Positions 25,588-33,585 of a stretch of DNA of 35,737 nt are shown here, one piece after another (position 1 is the stretch's first letter; each line of letters starts with the position of its first letter). The stretch is from positions 1-35,737 of IMG/VR virus record IMGVR_UViG_3300037465_000254. One strand, written 5' to 3'. Under the pieces are notes generated by a model. That model saw nothing but the letters and a program-made list of their open reading frames with translations, searched no databases and had not been told where the DNA came from. This stretch comes from a virus. Lineage: Duplodnaviria > Caudoviricetes. Made by a program: the position numbers and the translations under genes.

Positions 25588-26204
25588 CCGCTCACGATCA
25601 GGCCGATGTAATCGACGACGGCGCCGGAGCTCCCGCTCTCCCAAGCGACCGCCTCGACCTTCCAGCCGGCGCAAGCCCGGCGGATCATCAGTTCGATGAT
25701 CTTCTTCCGCTCCCTGAAGATCAGCATCCCGGAACTAACTTGGAACGTGAGTCCCAGGGTCTTCAGCAAGCTGCGCGGGAGCTCACTTATCCGCATGTTC
25801 ACCCCGAAGGCGATCGTCAGCGCGAACCCCTTGCGGCACGGCCGCGAGAGCCGCCGCAGCACGATCATCAGCTGATGGAAGGGATGGTTGTAGGCGTCCA
25901 GGTCGTAAATGTCGAAGTCATCGACCGCGAATGCGCGATGTCGAAGCAATCGAACGTTGTCAGCAACGACGAGACGTCGACGATCCCTCAGAGAGACGGG
26001 CTTCTTCTCGCAGCCGAGATAGTGCTCGGTCTTCTCCCACGCGCGCGCCCACATGAGACCGTCGCCGGCGTAGCCGTCGAAGATGATCGGCTTCTTGATC
26101 GCCATCGCCTCGGCGAGTGCGCGGCGAACGGCGATCTTCTTCCCGACGTGCGAATTGTCGTGAAGCGTGCGCCCGCTACGGCGCCGGAATGTTGCTGATC
26201 GCAA
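25584..26204 (-). CDS. Putative SAM-dependent methyltransferase-like protein
   Basis: 'IFDGYAGDG' resembles SAM motif I and 'FDIYDLDAYNHP' resembles motif IV; TTG start with GGAGG RBS. Confidence 0.65.
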   Translation of the reverse strand: MRSATFRRRSGRTLHDNSHVGKKIAVRRALAEAMAIKKPIIFDGYAGDGLMWARAWEKTEHYLGCEKKPVSLRDRRRLVVADNVRLLRHRAFAVDDFDIYDLDAYNHPFHQLMIVLRRLSRPCRKGFALTIAFGVNMRISELPRSLLKTLGLTFQVSSGMLIFRERKKIIELMIRRACAGWKVEAVAWESGSSGAVVDYIGLIVSG

Positions 26205-26751
26205 TCTCGATACCCTCCAGGCCCTTCAGCCGCTCGCGAATCTCCGCCTGGAGAGGCAGAGGACAGCGGATTTGCACCACGGAGACGTCCTCTGTCTCCC
26301 CGAATTCGAAGGGTTGTGCTTCTTTGTCCGGCCCCTCCAGGACTTCCAAGTCCAGGTCCTTCAGGAGCCGCTGCATTTCGTCGCCTAGAGCGTCTACCTC
26401 TTCCAGCAGCAACGACTGATCCCAGTCCGCATACTCGGCCGTGCGGTTGTCGACGATGCGGTATGCACGCGCACGCTCCGGCGACAGGTCGGCCCGCATT
26501 ACCGGCACGCGCTCAAGGCCGAGACTCTGCGCCGCCTCGTAGCGCGTATGCCCCACGATGATGATGCCCTCGGCATCCACAACGATCGGCTGCTGAAAGC
26601 CGAACTCCTGGATGCTGCGCGCGACCGCGCCGACGGCGTCCGCGTTCCGCCGCGGGTTATTCGGATAGGGCTTTACCTCAGCCAGCGGCAGCCATTCGAT
26701 CTGCGCCGGCGAGGCCTTCTGCCGTCTTCCCTTTGCGTTGCGTGTTGTCAA
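26176..26751 (-). CDS. ParB/Srx N-terminal domain protein
   Basis: 'KPYPNNPR', 'SIQEFGFQQPIVVD', 'IIVGHTRYEAA', 'AYRIVDNRTAE'. Confidence 0.9.
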   Translation of the reverse strand: MTTRNAKGRRQKASPAQIEWLPLAEVKPYPNNPRRNADAVGAVARSIQEFGFQQPIVVDAEGIIIVGHTRYEAAQSLGLERVPVMRADLSPERARAYRIVDNRTAEYADWDQSLLLEEVDALGDEMQRLLKDLDLEVLEGPDKEAQPFEFGETEDVSVVQIRCPLPLQAEIRERLKGLEGIEIAISNIPAP

Positions 26752-26784
26752 AACTTCGCCTCCAGTGACTACTTTTTCGGCGCA

Positions 26785-26838
26785 CGCGCGTCACCCATGT
26801 CTTGCGGCGACGAAAAAAGGACCCGTGATGAATGACTT
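26785..26838 (-). other. Putative cos packaging site (cosQ-like and cosN-like elements)
   Basis: Minus-strand ACGGGTCCTTT contains the lambda cosQ heptamer GGGTCCT (26818-26824). A GC-rich 12-mer GGGTGACGCGCG follows 21 nt later. It sits in the intergenic gap after the lysis genes. Confidence 0.65.
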
Positions 26839-26915
26839 ACGCGAGTGCCGCCCGGCTGTACGTCGCCAAGGCGCGGGCCATGCCCCCGCCTGCACTTTCT
26901 GACGCTTGTCGCTGC

Positions 26916-27245
26916 TCACTCCACGGCCTCGAGCGCCCATGCTCGCCAAGCATCAAGGCGCGTCTTCATATCGTGCAGCAGCAGCTTGAGCCGCTGCTCG
27001 CCCTCGCGTGACAGCGCGCTCGTTGCTTCCGGGTCAGCTGGCGATATCCACGTTGGCAGTGCCTCGGGAACGTATGGCGCCATGAGCTCTCCAGGAGGCT
27101 CGGCCCGCACCGGTACCGGGACCTTGACCTCGACCGTTTCGACGACGCGAGCCGGTCTCGTTTCAGCAGAGCCGCAGCCGGCGAGCAACAGAATCAGCAG
27201 CAGTACCGCCAGATTCACCAGGACATAGAGCGTCCCAGGTCTCAC
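26916..27245 (-). CDS. Outer-membrane spanin (Rz1-like lipoprotein)
   Basis: Lipobox 'LLLILLLAG-C', Pro-rich 'VETVEVKVPVPVRAEPP'; GTGA overlap with the Rz-like gene. Confidence 0.78.
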   Translation of the reverse strand: MRPGTLYVLVNLAVLLLILLLAGCGSAETRPARVVETVEVKVPVPVRAEPPGELMAPYVPEALPTWISPADPEATSALSREGEQRLKLLLHDMKTRLDAWRAWALEAVE

Positions 27246-27664
27246 CGCTCCTCTCCCCATGCGGTCTCGAACCACCGGTTCATCGCTTCCGGCCCCGTCT
27301 CGCCATCGGCCAGGATTGCGCGCCGCTCGTGCTCTCCAGTCCGGAGTGTCGCTACTGCACGGCCGGCAGCCCGTGCTTCCCACGCCCGCGCCGACGCTTC
27401 GAGCAGGGCAATATGGTCGTTCTGCCGGCGCACTGTCCCCGCGAGCGCGTCCCGGTTCGCCTCGACCACGGCCCGCGCCTCGCGCTCCTCCGCCAACAAT
27501 CGCCGGGCATCCGCCTCCGACTTCTCCGCCAAGGCGACATTCCGCTCGAGCCCGCGCACGGTCCACGCGTGCCAGCCCCACGTACCAGCCAGCGCGAGCC
27601 CGAGCACGACGCCGACGCCCACCGTCGCCGCCCTCCAGGGATTCGCGAGCAGCCAAGGAATCAC
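27242..27664 (-). CDS. Inner-membrane spanin (Rz-like)
   Basis: N-terminal transmembrane helix plus coiled coil; GTGA overlap with the endolysin stop. Confidence 0.78.
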   Translation of the reverse strand: MIPWLLANPWRAATVGVGVVLGLALAGTWGWHAWTVRGLERNVALAEKSEADARRLLAEEREARAVVEANRDALAGTVRRQNDHIALLEASARAWEARAAGRAVATLRTGEHERRAILADGETGPEAMNRWFETAWGEER

Positions 27665-28287
27665 GTGCACACCCCGGGTCCCCAGCCGGCGGCCACGTAT
27701 AGCGGCTGATGCCGGTAGAGAATGCGTCGCGGATACTCCCGATTCTCCCGACAGGCCCAGTCCGCCCGGACACATTGTGTCTCGACGTGCTCCCACCAGC
27801 GCGCGGCGTCCAGGTTCATCGCCGCGGTGACGCGCCGCTCTCGATTGATCCAGCCGGCGCCCCCGTTATATCCGGCCAGCGCGAAGGCCCAACGGTCGCA
27901 GTCGGTCGCCGCGTAGCCGGCGCGCTCCCAGAGGTGCCGGTCGTAGCGGACCAGGGCGCGCAGCGCCCAGCCTGGATTGAACGGGTCTGGATCCGCGAGC
28001 TCGCCGCGATAGACGCCGCTGATCCACTCCGCGGTCGCCGGCGTGAACTGCGCGAGGCCGGCCGCATACGAAGACTGGGCCCGTTCCCTCCAGGCCGACT
28101 CCTGGTGGACCTGGGCCGCCATCGTCGCAGTCGGCGCCTCGAGTCCCCAGACGAACCGCGCCGCGCGGATCAGGTCATCGCGATATTGGAAGGCGGCGCG
28201 TGGAATGTCAGCCGCACACGCAGATATCGGGACCAATACGATGATGAGACCGAGCGAGAAAGCGCGTGACACGGCGGACACGCTCAC
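27661..28287 (-). CDS. Endolysin, SLT-type lytic transglycosylase with N-terminal signal/anchor
   Basis: 'QVHQESAW', 'AAGLAQFTPATA', 'GYNGGAGW', 'ENREYPRRI'; GTGA overlap with the holin stop. Confidence 0.9.
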   Translation of the reverse strand: MSVSAVSRAFSLGLIIVLVPISACAADIPRAAFQYRDDLIRAARFVWGLEAPTATMAAQVHQESAWRERAQSSYAAGLAQFTPATAEWISGVYRGELADPDPFNPGWALRALVRYDRHLWERAGYAATDCDRWAFALAGYNGGAGWINRERRVTAAMNLDAARWWEHVETQCVRADWACRENREYPRRILYRHQPLYVAAGWGPGVCT

Positions 28288-28595
28288 AGGCCGAGAGTGA
28301 CGCCGATCATGGCGGCCGCGACGATGATCGCGCGGCGCAGCATGCAGCCAACGCCGATGATGTGATGCCCTGGATGCATCCACTCGTGCGGACGCCCGTA
28401 CGGGAACAGCGCCCGGTCCAGGCGATAGCCCACAACGCCGGCGAGCGTAACGAGTGCCAACTTGTAGAGGAGCACCGGAAGGTTCTGAGGCGCAAGCCAC
28501 CACACCACGCCCATGAGCAGCGCCGCGACGAGCAGCCAGTCATACAGCCGCGGCGGTCGCCAGCGCGTCGTGCACTCGGACCATTTCAGGCTCAT
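28284..28595 (-). CDS. Putative holin (2-3 transmembrane helices)
   Basis: 'APQNLPVLLYKLALVTLAGVVGYRLDRALFPYGRP' and 'RRAIIVAAAMIGVTLGL'. Confidence 0.88.
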   Translation of the reverse strand: MSLKWSECTTRWRPPRLYDWLLVAALLMGVVWWLAPQNLPVLLYKLALVTLAGVVGYRLDRALFPYGRPHEWMHPGHHIIGVGCMLRRAIIVAAAMIGVTLGL

Positions 28596-29581
28596 GGCTG
28601 CACCGTTACGGCGAGCTCGGTCACGCCGCGGCGGAGCAGCCGAACCGTGGACTGCCGCCCCAAGGTCGCTGCGATCCGCTGCCCAACCTGGAGTTTCGAG
28701 ACAGCCGGGACGTCGTTGATGCTCAGGATTACGTCGCCCGGCTCGATGCCGGCGCGCATGGCGGCGCCGCCCGGTTGGACCAGCGTGACCAAGACGCCGA
28801 AGCGATACTCGATGCCCAGGCGTCGGCGCTGATCTCCAGCGATCACGTCCTCCACCTCGACGCCGATGCGTCCGTAGCTGATGTCCCAGGTCCGGTCACC
28901 ACGAACCAGCCGCTCCGCTACGTAGTAAGCGAGATCGGCCGAGATCGCGAACCCGACGCCGCTCCCTGCTCCGATGCCGGCGGCATTGATGCCCACGAGT
29001 TCCCCGCGCATGTTGACCAGCGCACCGCCAGAGTTGCCGGGGTTAATCGGCGCATCGGTCTGTATGAAATCCTCGTACGGATTGAGCTCCACGTACTGAT
29101 GGAGGGCGCTGACCACGCCGGCTGTAACCGTATGTCCGAGCCCGAACGGGTTGCCCACCGCGACCACGGGATCCCCGACGTGGAGCCCCGCGAGGTTGGC
29201 CCGCCGAATCGCGACGAGTTCCACGACTCCGGTCGGCACGCGAAGCACGCCAATGTCCGCGCCCTCGTCGCTACCGACGATCTCCGCGGGGAGGAAGTAG
29301 CCGTTCGAGAATGCGACCTTGACATCGGATGGCGTGAGCGCGCCGAGGCCATCGAGGACGTGATGGTTCGTGAGAACCAGGCCGCGCTCTGCGTCGATGA
29401 TGACGCCAGAGCCCAGCGACCGCGGCCGGTATGCGAAGCGGAACGCGTCCGCGTTGATCTCGACGGTAATGGCGACGACGGACGGCAGGACTTCCGCAGA
29501 AACGTCGGAGACCGATCGGGCGCGCGTCTCCCCGCACGTGCAGAGGAGCGCAACAGCGAGCAGCAGCGTGGACAGCTTCAC
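28592..29581 (-). CDS. HtrA/DegS-like trypsin serine protease with one PDZ domain and a signal peptide
   Basis: 'SLGSGVII', 'TNHHV' (His), 'DIGVL' (Asp), 'IQTDAPINPGNSGGAL' (Ser), PDZ 'AMRAGIEPGDVILSIN'; probable GTG start at 29581. Confidence 0.92.
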   Translation of the reverse strand: MKLSTLLLAVALLCTCGETRARSVSDVSAEVLPSVVAITVEINADAFRFAYRPRSLGSGVIIDAERGLVLTNHHVLDGLGALTPSDVKVAFSNGYFLPAEIVGSDEGADIGVLRVPTGVVELVAIRRANLAGLHVGDPVVAVGNPFGLGHTVTAGVVSALHQYVELNPYEDFIQTDAPINPGNSGGALVNMRGELVGINAAGIGAGSGVGFAISADLAYYVAERLVRGDRTWDISYGRIGVEVEDVIAGDQRRRLGIEYRFGVLVTLVQPGGAAMRAGIEPGDVILSINDVPAVSKLQVGQRIAATLGRQSTVRLLRRGVTELAVTVQP

Positions 29582-29582
29582 G

Positions 29583-29936
29583 TCAGTATTTCGGCTCGAG
29601 TTTCCGTTTCGTTTCCTCGTTGATAAGCGTCGCAGCGAGGAGCCTCTCGCAATGGCTGAGGTAGTCGAATGCGTGGTTGACCTCCTGCGAGACTTGCGGA
29701 CGATCCCCGCTCTTCCATCTTGGGAGCGTGAGATACCGCGACACCGCATCATTGAGCATGAGCAGCGCCCGGTCACGGCACGTGTAGTACACGTCGGCTG
29801 TGGACAGCGCGCTGTCGCTTTCGGGAGAGATCACGGGCTGGATGTTCGCCGTGCCCGGCGCGCACCCCGCGAGCATTGTCAAGGCGCAGAGCAGCGCCAC
29901 GACGAGTCGATTACTGCCTCTTGTTTTCATCCCCAT
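29583..29936 (-). CDS. Lipoprotein of unknown function
   Basis: Lipobox 'LCALTMLAG-C'. Confidence 0.72.
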   Translation of the reverse strand: MGMKTRGSNRLVVALLCALTMLAGCAPGTANIQPVISPESDSALSTADVYYTCRDRALLMLNDAVSRYLTLPRWKSGDRPQVSQEVNHAFDYLSHCERLLAATLINEETKRKLEPKY

Positions 29937-30120
29937 GACCCACCTCCTGCCGTTGCCCGGCGATTCTGTAGAGCTCGCTCTTCAGCCTGTCGGCCTCAGC
30001 GTCTCCGTACTCGGTTCGGATGAACTGCAGCGCCACCTTTCTTGCGTGTTTCGTCGGCTGATCCAGCAGCAGCCTGAGTCGTTCTTCTGGCTTGCTGAGG
30101 TCGTAAACACCCTCACCCAT
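29911..30120 (-). CDS. Hypothetical protein (69 aa)
   Basis: Overlaps both neighbours and has a GGGAG RBS. Confidence 0.6.
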   Translation of the reverse strand: MGEGVYDLSKPEERLRLLLDQPTKHARKVALQFIRTEYGDAEADRLKSELYRIAGQRQEVGHGDENKRQ

Positions 30121-30433
30121 CTTCTCGGGCCGTGCGGTGACGGGCGCTGATCTGGAATGAGACGATCTGTTGTAGCGCGCTCTCTATTCGCACGATGTCC
30201 GCGCGTAAGCCGCGAATTTCCGATACCAACACTGGCACCTGTTCCACGAGCGCCCGCTGGCGCTCCAGCTCTCTTTCATGGACCAGCACGTCGCGCCCCA
30301 TCGCGGCGTAGCCGGCGATGCCGCTGGCGCCCGCGAGCATGACCGTGACCCACACCGCGACCCACGGCGCCAGATGCCGACCGTTGCGCCTATCTGGTCC
30401 GGAGTAGGCCTCAGTGCGAACATCTCGCCCCAT
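30113..30433 (-). CDS. Single-pass membrane protein with coiled coil; probable first late gene
   Basis: Transmembrane segment 'WVAVWVTVMLAGASGIAGYAAM' followed by a heptad pattern. Confidence 0.65.
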   Translation of the reverse strand: MGRDVRTEAYSGPDRRNGRHLAPWVAVWVTVMLAGASGIAGYAAMGRDVLVHERELERQRALVEQVPVLVSEIRGLRADIVRIESALQQIVSFQISARHRTAREDG

Positions 30434-30514
30434 GTGCTCAACCCTAAGAAAGTTCGCTAAGTTTCTGATGCATCGGCCCGCCACCTAAACGGGAGCACAT
30501 TGCGCGCTGTGCGG

Positions 30515-31288
30515 TCAACGCTGGGTCTGCTGCAGCTCGAGAAATCTGCTGAAGTGGCGGGCGACCGTCTCAGCGTCGCCCTCGATTTCGAGTTTCGCGC
30601 CGACGGTCATCGTCAGGCGGATACGGGTCCGGCCGTCGGCGCTGTGCTGCTGGGCGCTAACGACGCCAGCTGCCGCGGTCTGAGCGACCGCTTCCGTAAG
30701 CGTCCTCGGCGGCGCCTGGCGAAGCCGCTGAACCTCTTCCTGCGCCTGTCGCGCTGATTTGTTCAGAGCAACCTTCCCCCCGCCGACGCTCCTGATCAGT
30801 TTGCGCTCCTCCAGGCTGCCGACGGCCTCTGCGGCCAGTTCATCACCCCAAGTCTCTCCGAGCGCCGCCACGAGCGTCGCCCTGATCATGAGCCTGTGAT
30901 GCCCCAAAAGGATCACTGCCCGATACATTGCGTCCCTGAGCTTTGGCGCGACGGCTTCCGGCTCCTCCGGTTGCTCAGCGCCGCCGCGGGTACGTACTGG
31001 GCGCGGGCGGTCCGGGTAACCGAACGTGATCCCATGATCGCGAATGCAGTCGATGAGCTCGTGGGCCTGCTCCATCGGTACCGTGAGCGATACCACTCCG
31101 CCCTTCAACATCAGGATCCCGCGCTTCGCGAGCATCCTCTGTGCTGCTGCCGCTGTACGGGGCGAAAACCTGTCGGCCGTCCGGCCCTCCGCTTCTCGTA
31201 TAGGGAGCTTCGTCTCCGCGAGGGCGTCGATGAGAAAGTGCATGGCATGCAGGGTATCCTGCTTGCACGTATGCGCTGGATGCGGCAT
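30515..31288 (-). CDS. Hypothetical protein with two winged-helix-like segments, in the late-regulator position
   Basis: 'AQRMLAKRGILMLKGGVVSLT' and 'AVGSLEERKLIRSVGGGKVALN'. Confidence 0.6.
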   Translation of the reverse strand: MPHPAHTCKQDTLHAMHFLIDALAETKLPIREAEGRTADRFSPRTAAAAQRMLAKRGILMLKGGVVSLTVPMEQAHELIDCIRDHGITFGYPDRPRPVRTRGGAEQPEEPEAVAPKLRDAMYRAVILLGHHRLMIRATLVAALGETWGDELAAEAVGSLEERKLIRSVGGGKVALNKSARQAQEEVQRLRQAPPRTLTEAVAQTAAAGVVSAQQHSADGRTRIRLTMTVGAKLEIEGDAETVARHFSRFLELQQTQR

Positions 31289-31291
31289 TTG

Positions 31292-31642
31292 CTATCCCCT
31301 CCTCGGCTTGTGGCCGACGATCACGACGAGCCCGAGTTCGATCCAGCGCCGCAGCGTCCTCGTCTGGGCGCGTCGCATGTACCATTCGCGTTCTTCTGTG
31401 GACAGCCCGGGCTGCGTCGCCCGCCTGTCGATGACAGCGTGGCAACCGGAGCAGCCGAACGCTGCGGAGATATCGTCGCTCTTCAGGCCCTCGCCACGGC
31501 TTTCGTCCGGCAGGTGACAGAGCACAGTCGTCGAGCGGTCGCTATTGCAGGCACCGGGAATCTGGAACGTGCAGACCTCGCCAGCGGCGGCGTCCCGGAG
31601 GCGCCGCACGTGAATCATTCCGATTCGGTTCGGGCGCAGCAT
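31292..31642 (-). CDS. DUF1364-family zinc-binding putative nuclease
   Basis: 'LRDAAAGEVCTFQIPGACN...TTVLCHL', 'GLKSDD..AAFGCSGCHAVID'; TGATG overlap at 31642. Confidence 0.85.
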   Translation of the reverse strand: MLRPNRIGMIHVRRLRDAAAGEVCTFQIPGACNSDRSTTVLCHLPDESRGEGLKSDDISAAFGCSGCHAVIDRRATQPGLSTEEREWYMRRAQTRTLRRWIELGLVVIVGHKPRRG

Positions 31643-32181
31643 CAGGGCAGAGGGATCGGTTTCAGCGCCGACGAGAGATACAGCGGGTGGGTCGGCTGGG
31701 GGCCGGCGCCGTTGCTGTTCAGCTGCAGGCAGTGCAGCGGGATGCCGGCGAGGAGCTCGCGGACCGCTTTGTCCCGACCAAAGTGCGCCCCGTGGTTGCC
31801 CCAACCGCAGACAATGATCCCGCCTTCCACGTCGGCATAGCAGGCGGCTTCCATGATCGCCTCGTCGTTCAGTGGCCCGACCGGGTCCCGCGCCGCGTAG
31901 AGCTCGCTCGGGTTCGTTGCTCGCAGCGCGAAGAGGTTGACGACGATCAGCGGCGAATACTGCCAGGCCTCGGCGTAGCCGATGCAGCGCCGCACGGTGT
32001 TATCGTCGGTCGAGGCGTCAGCGGTACTCGGGTTCAGCAGGATGAATACCAGCGGCCGGGTTTCCGCTCCATGCTGATCCGGTATTAGGCTCCGCTGAAT
32101 CTCGCGGCGCAGCGAGTAGCGGTACTGACTGCAGCGCGAGATCACGGCCGGCATCTGGAGCATGAGCGGCGGGAGCGACAT
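31642..32181 (-). CDS. DUF1643-family protein
   Basis: 'YRYSLRR', 'LNPSTADASTDDNTVRRC', 'NLFALRATNP', 'GWG', 'HPLY'. Confidence 0.88.
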   Translation of the reverse strand: MSLPPLMLQMPAVISRCSQYRYSLRREIQRSLIPDQHGAETRPLVFILLNPSTADASTDDNTVRRCIGYAEAWQYSPLIVVNLFALRATNPSELYAARDPVGPLNDEAIMEAACYADVEGGIIVCGWGNHGAHFGRDKAVRELLAGIPLHCLQLNSNGAGPQPTHPLYLSSALKPIPLP

Positions 32182-32702
32182 CAGCCCTGCTCCTCTGCGG
32201 CCGTCGACGGGCGCCTGGACTCCAGGGCCTCCGCCAGCGCGCCGATCAGATCCTCGCTCGGCGCGATCTCAGGGGTCCCGCTCCAGGCGTTGAACGCGTC
32301 CAGGATCCGATTCAGCTGCGCGACAGGTCCGATGAGTTGCTCACGAGCCGCGGCGCGGTGCCAGTTCAGCAGCAGCGCCGCGGACGTCACGATGTGGTGC
32401 AGATACTTCTCCCGGTCTCCGTAGCGCGCGGCCTGCACAGCCTTCGTCGCGAGGTAGCCGAGCGTCCAGAACCAGTCCTCCGCCGTCTTTCCCTGATCGT
32501 GCGCCTCGCCCCAGCGTTCCACCTGATGCACGGCCTCGAGCCGGATCGCAGCGATGAAGTCGTCAATCTCTGGGGTGTTGACGCGCCGCTGCAGCGCGCG
32601 GAGCTCTTCGACCTCGCACTCCAGCGCCGCGAGGTATTCGTAGGTCCCGACGACTGGCTGCTTCGCCGTTGGCGGGACCGAATATGCTGCTGCTGCTTCC
32701 AC
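32181..32702 (-). CDS. Hypothetical phage protein
   Basis: 'NTPEIDDF...EAVHQVERWG..HD.GK..EDWFW', possibly a MazG-like helical fold. Confidence 0.7.
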   Translation of the reverse strand: MEAAAAYSVPPTAKQPVVGTYEYLAALECEVEELRALQRRVNTPEIDDFIAAIRLEAVHQVERWGEAHDQGKTAEDWFWTLGYLATKAVQAARYGDREKYLHHIVTSAALLLNWHRAAAREQLIGPVAQLNRILDAFNAWSGTPEIAPSEDLIGALAEALESRRPSTAAEEQG

Positions 32703-32705
32703 GGT

Positions 32706-33110
32706 TCAATCCTCCGTCACTGTGATCTCGATCTCGTGCTCGAAGCACCATGCCTCATAGGCCTGCATCGCCTCGGCCGTGATCGCCTTGTTGTTGTCCA
32801 GGTCCGACGTGCGGAGGGGGCGGATCACGGTCTCCCCAGGCGCGATCACGATCTCCTCCTTCGGCATGAACTTCGGCAGGAAGATGAACTCGTGAACGTC
32901 GTCGCCAGTCCAGTGGTAGCCGGTCCGCGCGCAGAGCTCCGCGGCGACCTTCGTGTGCCACATCCGCAGGCGCCGCCGCTGCCCGGACGTCATCGGCGGC
33001 TGAAATTCCTTCAGGATGCACTCGTGGAGCGGAGAAAGAGGGAGACGCTCGAGCTTCCTCAGACACACCGCCCGAGCGTCTTCCCCGTTGACCACGAGCC
33101 TGAAGCGCAC
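32706..33110 (-). CDS. NinB/YbcN-like protein
   Basis: 'TSGQRRRLRMWH..VA', 'WTGDDVHE', 'RTSDL'; nin-region context. Confidence 0.6.
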   Translation of the reverse strand: MRFRLVVNGEDARAVCLRKLERLPLSPLHECILKEFQPPMTSGQRRRLRMWHTKVAAELCARTGYHWTGDDVHEFIFLPKFMPKEEIVIAPGETVIRPLRTSDLDNNKAITAEAMQAYEAWCFEHEIEITVTED

Positions 33111-33116
33111 GCGTGC

Positions 33117-33455
33117 CTACTTGGGCAGCAGCTCTTCCTGGATGCCGATATCCACCGCCTTGCAGCAAAGCGCGTAACTGAAGTCGATGGATTCTCGGTC
33201 CTCGTCGTCCTTTGACTTGAACCGTGAGTAGGCAGCCTTCGCGCCTTTGCGCCGAACTCCCAGAGCCTCCAGCTTGTCGAACTCCGCCGCCTTCTCCTCG
33301 TTCAACGCCTTGCGCTCGGCGTCGATCTTCTCCATGCGCTTGAACGCGGCCGCGATCTTCTTCCGAATGTCCGGAGTATCTTTCGGATCTGGCAAATCGT
33401 TGCGGTCATCGCTGTCCGACTGGTCTTGGGTATGTTGTGACGTGTCTCCTCTCAT
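33117..33455 (-). CDS. GapR/DUF2312-like DNA-binding protein (start may extend to 33617)
   Basis: 'FKRMEKIDAERKALNEEKAAEFDKLEALGV' resembles the GapR core; GAGGTG RBS before 33455. Confidence 0.6.
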   Translation of the reverse strand: MRGDTSQHTQDQSDSDDRNDLPDPKDTPDIRKKIAAAFKRMEKIDAERKALNEEKAAEFDKLEALGVRRKGAKAAYSRFKSKDDEDRESIDFSYALCCKAVDIGIQEELLPK

Positions 33456-33585
33456 GCTGCTCACCTCGCTGGTGTGTTGATGTTCATCCAGCCGCGCCGA
33501 TTGCTCGCGGATGACTCGTTGCTCATCATTCGATGTGCGCTGCAGGTAATCTGCAAAACTTTCGTCCGGCCGCTGCCTCGCGCTG

